DNA of 38,172 nt from an uncultured Bifidobacteriaceae bacterium (lineage in GTDB: Bacteria > Acidobacteriota > Vicinamibacteria > Vicinamibacterales > CAVVIG01). Both the position numbers and the translations under genes were made by a program. Location: assembly GCA_964497175.1 (NCBI GenBank), contig CAZCEL010000001.1, positions 1 through 38,172 of the forward strand, read 5' to 3'. The notes under the pieces are model-generated. The model saw only the letters and a program-made list of their open reading frames with translations. It was not told the DNA's origin and ran no database searches. Of this stretch, positions 32,952 through 38,172 are shown piece by piece (within the stretch, counting starts at the first letter, position 1; each line of letters starts with the position of its first letter).

Positions 32952-35120
32952 TCAGCGCGCCGCGCGTGCCACGTCGAGCACGCCGTCCACGCTCTTGAGC
33001 GATCTGATCACCTTCTCGAGGTGCTTGAGATCGCTGATCTCGATGGTCACCTCGATCCTGGCGCGATGGTCGTCATCGGCCGTTCGCGCCTCCAGGTTCT
33101 TGATGTTCGTGTTGATGTCGGCAATCTTCGAGCTCACGGCCGCCAGCAGCCCCTTGCGGTCCTCGACTTCCATTGTCAGCTTGACGGTATAGCTCGCGGC
33201 GCCGTCGCTGCTCGCGGCCCGGTCCCACTCGACCTCTATGCGGCGCTCGGGATCGTACAGGAGGTTGACGACATTTGGACAGGTCACCGAATGGACCGAC
33301 ACACCCTTGCCTCGGGTGATGTACCCGACGATCTTCTCCCCGCGAATCGGATTGCAGCATCGCGCGCGGAAGACGAGCACGTCGCCAGACCCCCTTACTT
33401 TGATCTTCTCCTCGCCGCCGCCAAACGCCCGCTTGACCGCCTGAGCGACCAGACCGTCGGGGGCCTTCTCGCGCAGGCGGTCGGCCGGAAACAGCTTCCC
33501 GATTACCTGCTTGGCCGACAGCGTGCCGTATCCGATGAGCGCGAACAGGTCGTCGGACGACTTGGCCCCCGCTTCGAGCTGGGCCCTGGCGAACCCCTCG
33601 CTCTCAATCAGGCCCTTGTGCGGCACATCGTACCGCCGCACTTCCTTCTCGAAGACCCGCTTGCCCAGGTCGATCGCGCGCGTCCGCTCCTCGGACCGGA
33701 TGAGGTGTTTGATCTTGTATCGTGCGTGGGAGGTGACCACGAAGTTCAGCCAGTCCCGGCTCGGCTTGTGGCCCGACTGCGTGATGATCTCCACGATGTC
33801 GCCGTTCCTCAGGCGGGCGCGCAGGGGGACCATCTTGCCGTTCACGCGGGCACCGGTACACTGGTGGCCCACGTCGGTGTGAATCGAGTACGCGAAGTCG
33901 ATGGGCGTCGCCCCCATTGGAAACGCCTTGACCTGTCCCTTGGGAGTAAACGTGTAGACCTCCTCGGGATACAGCTCCACTTTGAGGCTCTGAATGAATT
34001 CCTGCGGGTCGCGGACCTCCTGCTGGATGTCCAGCAGCTGGCGCATCCACTGGAAGTACCGTTCGTCCCTGTGGTCGCCGACGCGCCCCTCCTTGTACTT
34101 CCAATGCGCAGCGATGCCCTCTTCCGCCATCCGGTGCATTTCCATCGTCCGTATCTGGACCTCGAACGGCACGCCATGCTCGCTGACAACCGAGGTGTGC
34201 AGCGCCTGATAGCCGTTGGGCCGCGGCATCGCGATGAAGTCCTTGATCCGTCCGGGAACGGGCGACCACGTCTGGTGGATGATGCCGAGCGTGGCGTAGC
34301 AGTCCCTGACCGAGCCCGTTACGATGCGGAGGGCGATGAAGTCGTACACCTGCTCCAGCTCGATGCGCTGGCGCTTCATCTTCTGGCTGATGCTCCACAG
34401 CCGCTTGATGCGGCCGTCGATCGCCAGGACGTGGACCGAGGCCTCCGCGAGCTTCGCGGTGATTGTGGCCCTGAGCTGTTCAATCATCCCTTCCGATGCG
34501 CGCCGCTTCGCATCGACACGAGCGCGGAGGGACTCGTAGGCCTGCGGCTCCAGGTAGCGGAAGGACAGCTCCTCGAGCTCGTTCTTCACCTTGCTCATGC
34601 CGAGCCGATTCGCAATGGGCGCGTAGATATCGCGGGTCTCCTGGGCGACCGTCAGGCGCTTGTCTTCGGGCAAGTGGCTGAGTGTCCGCATGTTGTGCAG
34701 GCGGTCCGCGAGTTTGACGACGATCACGCGGATGTCATCGACCATCGCGAGCAGCATCTTGCGGAAGTTCTCGGCCTGGCGCTCTTCGCTCGACGAGAAG
34801 CGGATCGCGCTGATCTTGGTGACGCCTTCCACGACGTGCGCGACTTCGGGCCCGAAGAGCTCCCCGATCCGGTCGATCGTCGTGAGGGTGTCCTCAACCA
34901 CGTCGTGCAGCAGGCCGGCCGCAATGGTGACGACGTCGAGCCGCATGTCGGCCAGCAAGTCGGCCACCGCCAGCGGGTGGATGAGATACGGCTCTCCCGA
35001 ATGACGCACCTGGCCCCGGTGCTCGAAGGCCGAGAAGACGTAGGCCTTCCGAAGCAGCTCGAGATCTGCAGCGGGGCTGTAGGCCCGCACTTTGTCGTAC
35101 AAGTCCTCGAATCGAATCAT
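32952..35120 (-). CDS. relA: Bifunctional (p)ppGpp synthetase/hydrolase (RelA/SpoT homologue)
   Basis: 722 aa. HD domain (HRGQVRHSGEPYLIHPLAVA, HDVVEDT), synthetase domain (NGYQALHT), then TGS and a C-terminal ACT-like domain. Confidence 0.97.
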   Translation of the reverse strand: MIRFEDLYDKVRAYSPAADLELLRKAYVFSAFEHRGQVRHSGEPYLIHPLAVADLLADMRLDVVTIAAGLLHDVVEDTLTTIDRIGELFGPEVAHVVEGVTKISAIRFSSSEERQAENFRKMLLAMVDDIRVIVVKLADRLHNMRTLSHLPEDKRLTVAQETRDIYAPIANRLGMSKVKNELEELSFRYLEPQAYESLRARVDAKRRASEGMIEQLRATITAKLAEASVHVLAIDGRIKRLWSISQKMKRQRIELEQVYDFIALRIVTGSVRDCYATLGIIHQTWSPVPGRIKDFIAMPRPNGYQALHTSVVSEHGVPFEVQIRTMEMHRMAEEGIAAHWKYKEGRVGDHRDERYFQWMRQLLDIQQEVRDPQEFIQSLKVELYPEEVYTFTPKGQVKAFPMGATPIDFAYSIHTDVGHQCTGARVNGKMVPLRARLRNGDIVEIITQSGHKPSRDWLNFVVTSHARYKIKHLIRSEERTRAIDLGKRVFEKEVRRYDVPHKGLIESEGFARAQLEAGAKSSDDLFALIGYGTLSAKQVIGKLFPADRLREKAPDGLVAQAVKRAFGGGEEKIKVRGSGDVLVFRARCCNPIRGEKIVGYITRGKGVSVHSVTCPNVVNLLYDPERRIEVEWDRAASSDGAASYTVKLTMEVEDRKGLLAAVSSKIADINTNIKNLEARTADDDHRARIEVTIEISDLKHLEKVIRSLKSVDGVLDVARAAR

Positions 35121-35154
35121 GAAACCGGGTGTCTAACTATTGTCGAACGGGCGA

Positions 35155-35183
35155 TGGAAAAAGGCCACGAACTTCACTATACT
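35155..35183 (+). promoter_or_regulatory. Candidate sigma70-type promoter of the TPR lipoprotein gene
   Basis: TGGAAA (35155-35160), a 17-nt spacer, then TATACT (35178-35183). The minus strand reads TATAGT at 35181..35176, which could serve relA. Confidence 0.35.
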
Positions 35184-35264
35184 GGCCCGGTTTCGGGTGC
35201 GGCAATCCTGCCTCCTGTGGACCTGCAGGAGGCGCCGCGGACCGGCAGAGGTAAAGGGGGAGCA

Positions 35265-36236
35265 ATGCGAGTCATGTCAGGTGCATCGCTGGGCGTGGCG
35301 GCGATGCTGGGCCTTGGAGCGGCCCTGTCGGTCGGCTGTTCGCAGCTCGGCGTCGTGACCGCACGGCGAGACTTCAAGGCGGCGAACCAAGCGTACCAGC
35401 AGCAGGACTACAAGAAGGCGGCCGAGCTGTACGAGGAATCGCTGAAGGCCGATCCGACGCTCATCAAGGCGTACTTCTTCCTCGGCAACAGCTACGACAA
35501 CCAGTTCAAGCCCAGTCGAAAAGGCGAGCCCGACAACGACGCGTTTCTCACCAAGGCCGTGGAGAACTACGAGGCCGGTGCGAACAGGCTCCTGGACTCG
35601 GACGACCCAGAGGACCAGAAGCTCGGGAAGCTGTCGCTCGACTACCTGCAGGCGGCATATAACCCTGACAAGCTCAACGACCCGGCCAAGGCGGAAGAGG
35701 TGGTGCTGAAGATGGTTCAGCTCGATCCCGCAGAAACGGCAAACTACCTCGCCCTGGCGAGGATCTACGAGGATGCCGGCGCCTATCCGGAAGCCGAGCA
35801 GATGCTGCTCAGGGCCAGGGAGGTCAAGCCGAAGGACGTCACCGTCTATCTGCAGCTCGCCGCCTACTACAACCGACAGGGCCAGTTCGACAAGACCATC
35901 GCCGCACTCGAGCAGCGTGCCCAGATTGAGCCCAATAACCCTGACGCCTTCCAGACCATCGCCGCGTACTACTGGGACGAGACGCGCGGCGATTCGCGAC
36001 TGACCGAACCGCAGAAGAAGGTGTACGTAGAGAAGGGGATCGAGGCGGTCGACAAGGCGCTGCAGCTCAAGACCGACTTCGTCGAAGCGATAACGTTCAA
36101 GGGACTGCTGTTGCGTCTCCAAGCCAATCTCGAAAAGGACCCTGGCAGGCAGCAGGCGCTGCTCAAGGAAGCGACCGCACTGAGTGACAAGGCGAACGCA
36201 ATCCGCAAGCAGAAGGCAGCCGGCGTCAGCGACTGA
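35265..36236 (+). CDS. TPR-repeat lipoprotein
   Basis: Only the last 324 codons of the 1115-aa ORF are coding. AAGGGGGA lies upstream of the ATG. A signal peptide with a lipobox (LSVGC) is followed by several TPR-like repeats. Confidence 0.85.
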   Translation: MRVMSGASLGVAAMLGLGAALSVGCSQLGVVTARRDFKAANQAYQQQDYKKAAELYEESLKADPTLIKAYFFLGNSYDNQFKPSRKGEPDNDAFLTKAVENYEAGANRLLDSDDPEDQKLGKLSLDYLQAAYNPDKLNDPAKAEEVVLKMVQLDPAETANYLALARIYEDAGAYPEAEQMLLRAREVKPKDVTVYLQLAAYYNRQGQFDKTIAALEQRAQIEPNNPDAFQTIAAYYWDETRGDSRLTEPQKKVYVEKGIEAVDKALQLKTDFVEAITFKGLLLRLQANLEKDPGRQQALLKEATALSDKANAIRKQKAAGVSD

Positions 36237-36281
36237 ACGGCAGCCCTTTTTTGTTCACGTCAGACCTGGCTCCAGAAACAG

Positions 36282-36309
36282 GAACGGCCGCCCCTGAAGG
36301 CGGCCGTTC
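36282..36309. terminator. GC-rich hairpin between convergent TPR-lipoprotein and exbD genes (candidate bidirectional terminator)
   Basis: GAACGGCCGCC (36282-36292), loop CCTGAA, GGCGGCCGTTC (36299-36309), giving a perfect 11-bp stem. The minus-strand reading is followed by CTGTTTCT. Confidence 0.55.
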
Positions 36310-36336
36310 GATGCAGAACCGCGGTTCGCGCTCGGC

Positions 36337-36810
36337 TCAGTTGCCCGTCTGGACTCCGGCGGCCTTGCGCATGCCCACCGTCACGATGCCCACCTTTTCG
36401 ACGCCGGCGCCCTTGGCCGCATCGATGACGTCCATGATGTCCTTGTAGCGGAGCGCCTCGGCTCCCGCAATGAACATCGTCTTGTCCTTGCGCTGCTCGT
36501 AGATATCCCGCAGCCTGCGCTCGAGGTCGTTGAGCGTGACATCCTGCTTGTTGACCGAGATGCGCTTGTCGGCCGTGTACTCGAGCATGACCTGACTGAC
36601 GTCGATTTCCTGCTGCTGTTGCGCGGTCTTGGTCTCGGCCGGCAGGTTGATGTCCATGCCTCGCTGGGCCAGCGGCAGGGCGGCCATGAAGATCACGAGC
36701 AGCACGAGCAGCACGTCGATGAGCGGCGTCATGTTCATCTCGCAGCTCGCCTTCAGGACCTCGCCCTCAACGACCTTCTCGGCGCCGAAGTGCTTGTGTG
36801 CGTGTGCCAT
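36337..36810 (-). CDS. exbD: ExbD/TolR-family biopolymer transport protein
   Basis: MTPLIDVLLVLLVIFM TM helix followed by an ExbD periplasmic domain pattern. Confidence 0.92.
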   Translation of the reverse strand: MAHAHKHFGAEKVVEGEVLKASCEMNMTPLIDVLLVLLVIFMAALPLAQRGMDINLPAETKTAQQQQEIDVSQVMLEYTADKRISVNKQDVTLNDLERRLRDIYEQRKDKTMFIAGAEALRYKDIMDVIDAAKGAGVEKVGIVTVGMRKAAGVQTGN

Positions 36811-37251
36811 TTACTGACCTCCCGCCGAAGAGCCGATCGGGGTCTTGCGCTCGGCAATCAGCCCGATGTCCTCGATCCCCGCCTGACGCAGCTGGTCCAT
36901 GGCGGCCATGACCGTTCCGTAGTCGACTTCCTCATCGGCCTTGATGAGGATGATCTTTTCCGAACGGGTCTCGAGGACCTCGTTGACCTTCGTCGCGAGC
37001 TCCGCTTCCTGGACCGGACGGGCGTTGAGGTACATCGAGCGATTCGCCGCGATGGCGATCACGGTCTGGCCGTCCGTCTCCGGCTTCTCGGCAGTGTTGT
37101 CCGCCTTCGGCAGCCTGACGCTCACCCCCTGCTGGAGCATGGGAGCAACGATCATCATGATGATCAGCAGCACCAGCATGACGTCGACGAGCGGCGTCAC
37201 GTTGATGCCAGACATGACTCCGCCCTTTGAGCCGCCAACATCCATCGACAT
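36811..37251 (-). CDS. exbD: ExbD/TolR-family biopolymer transport protein
   Basis: INVTPLVDVMLVLLIIMM TM helix. Its stop abuts the start of the next exbD (TAAATG). Confidence 0.92.
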   Translation of the reverse strand: MSMDVGGSKGGVMSGINVTPLVDVMLVLLIIMMIVAPMLQQGVSVRLPKADNTAEKPETDGQTVIAIAANRSMYLNARPVQEAELATKVNEVLETRSEKIILIKADEEVDYGTVMAAMDQLRQAGIEDIGLIAERKTPIGSSAGGQ

Positions 37252-37272
37252 AGGTGTTTCTCCGTCGAGCGT

Positions 37273-37944
37273 TTACGCCGTCTTCTTGATGAAGTAGTCC
37301 ACGAGCTCGGACGAGGAGTTATCCATCTCCACATTGAAGTATTCGATCCGACCTGTCAAGTAGTTGAAGAACCACACGGCCGGGATCGCCACGACGAGTC
37401 CGAGTGCGGTCTCGACGAGGGCTTCCGCGATCCCCGCCGATACCGCACCGATGCCCCCCGACCCGCTGGTCGCGATGCCCTGGAAGGCCGTGATGACGCC
37501 GACCACGGTCCCGAGCAGTCCGACGAAGGGTGCGGTGGAGCCGATTGTCGCCAGCGCCGACACGCCCTTCTTGAGGTCTGAGGCGGTCAGAGCCGACGCG
37601 CGCTGAATCGAGCGGCGGACCGTGTCCATCAGGTCCTCACGCGCCAGGCCGCCCCCGCTCTCCTGCTGGAACTGGTACTCCTGCAGGCCTGCAAGAACGA
37701 CCTTGGCCAGATGGCTGTACCGGTAGTTCTTGGAGGAGGACAGCGCGATTGCGTCCTTCAGTCGGCCGTCCTTGAGGTGCTTGGCCACCTGCGGAGCGTA
37801 CAGCTTCGACTGGTTGCGCGCCTGGGTGTACGTGTAGATCCGTTCAATCGCCACGCCGATCGACCACATCGACATGACAAACAGAATCCCGGCGACCCCC
37901 TTGGCGATCCATCCCATCTGGTTCCACATGTCTAGGAAATCCAC
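37273..37944 (-). CDS. exbB: MotA/TolQ/ExbB proton-channel protein
   Basis: Three TM segments and the conserved C-terminal region GIAEALVETALGLVVAIPAVWFFN. The start is GTG, with GGAGGG upstream. Confidence 0.93.
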   Translation of the reverse strand: MDFLDMWNQMGWIAKGVAGILFVMSMWSIGVAIERIYTYTQARNQSKLYAPQVAKHLKDGRLKDAIALSSSKNYRYSHLAKVVLAGLQEYQFQQESGGGLAREDLMDTVRRSIQRASALTASDLKKGVSALATIGSTAPFVGLLGTVVGVITAFQGIATSGSGGIGAVSAGIAEALVETALGLVVAIPAVWFFNYLTGRIEYFNVEMDNSSSELVDYFIKKTA

Positions 37945-38056
37945 AGTCCACCCTCCATCGAGAAGTTACCAACACCCGGGAAAAGTTTCCGCTCGAACCA
38001 CACACGCCGCCGGACAACGCCACGAGTCGATCGAGGACACTCTGCGGTTCAGCCGC

Positions 38057-38172
38057 TTACTGCAGAGTGAAATTCACGGTCACCGTCATGATGACGGGAA
38101 CCGGCACGCCGTTGAGCAGAGTCGGGGTGAACTGCCACTGCTTGACCGCGTCGAGCGCGGCAGCGTCGAGCA
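38057..38172 (-). CDS. tonB: TonB-family protein, C-terminal fragment (5' part outside window)
   Basis: This gene is absent from the ORF track. A hand translation of the minus strand gives ...LDAAALDAVKQWQFTPTLLNGVPVPVIMTVTVNFTLQ followed by TAA, which is a typical TonB C-terminal domain. It lies upstream of exbB-exbD-exbD. Confidence 0.8.
   Translation of the reverse strand, partial: LDAAALDAVKQWQFTPTLLNGVPVPVIMTVTVNFTLQ

Noticed and set aside
32889-35264. First ~790 codons of the 1115-aa plus-strand ORF
   Set aside because: This part lies entirely antisense to relA/spoT. Only the last 324 codons (from the ATG at 35265, which has an SD and a lipoprotein signal peptide) look like a real gene.
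1-38172. Search for CRISPR arrays, tRNA/rRNA genes, IS elements, integrases, toxin-antitoxin or restriction/defence genes
   Set aside because: I saw no spaced direct-repeat arrays, no tRNA T-arm-like sequences (GGTTCGAATCC type) in intergenic DNA, and no transposase, integrase or nuclease-helicase signatures among the ORFs. The window reads as core chromosome.

Overview
This is a high-GC (about two-thirds G+C by eye), densely packed bacterial chromosomal segment. I call about 43 CDS on both strands, and almost all are conserved housekeeping or stress genes.

Gene content in order:
- hybrid PAS histidine kinase
- MobA-like nucleotidyltransferase
- zinc-ribbon miniprotein
- cold-shock protein
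- HAD phosphatase
- degenerate ABC-ATPase-like protein with a 4-TM partner
- SAM methyltransferase
- erpA followed by a Fur::rubrerythrin fusion
- orphan FdhE-like protein
- class I fumarase facing aspartase
- thiD
- moaE-moaD-prfA-prmC
- HIT protein
- FKBP
- an M16 peptidase pair
- ileS-lspA-lgt-rluD-nudix
- lon and dksA
- two divergent unknown genes
- rpmB and ridA
- relA/spoT
- TPR lipoprotein
- tonB-exbB-exbD-exbD

The protein style suggests an Acidobacteriota-like organism, which is inference only. I found no rRNA, tRNA, CRISPR array, transposase, integrase or recognisable defence genes. Many long ORFs in the six-frame track are antisense shadow ORFs typical of high-GC DNA.

I do not see a clear-cut new multi-gene system. 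The best candidates for something undescribed are:
1. A divergent pair of unknown genes (one with a Cys8 N-terminal module). They share a perfect 12-bp palindrome and sit next to a GC-poor 390-bp ORF-free spacer that carries a sigma54-like promoter upstream of dksA-lon. The whole locus is embedded between dksA/lon and relA.
2. A Fur::diiron (rubrerythrin-like) fusion regulator transcribed with erpA.
3. An ABC-fold protein with every catalytic motif mutated, translationally coupled to a small membrane protein.
4. A recurrent leaderless-mRNA promoter architecture.

All functional calls rest on motif recognition by eye, because no database search was possible.
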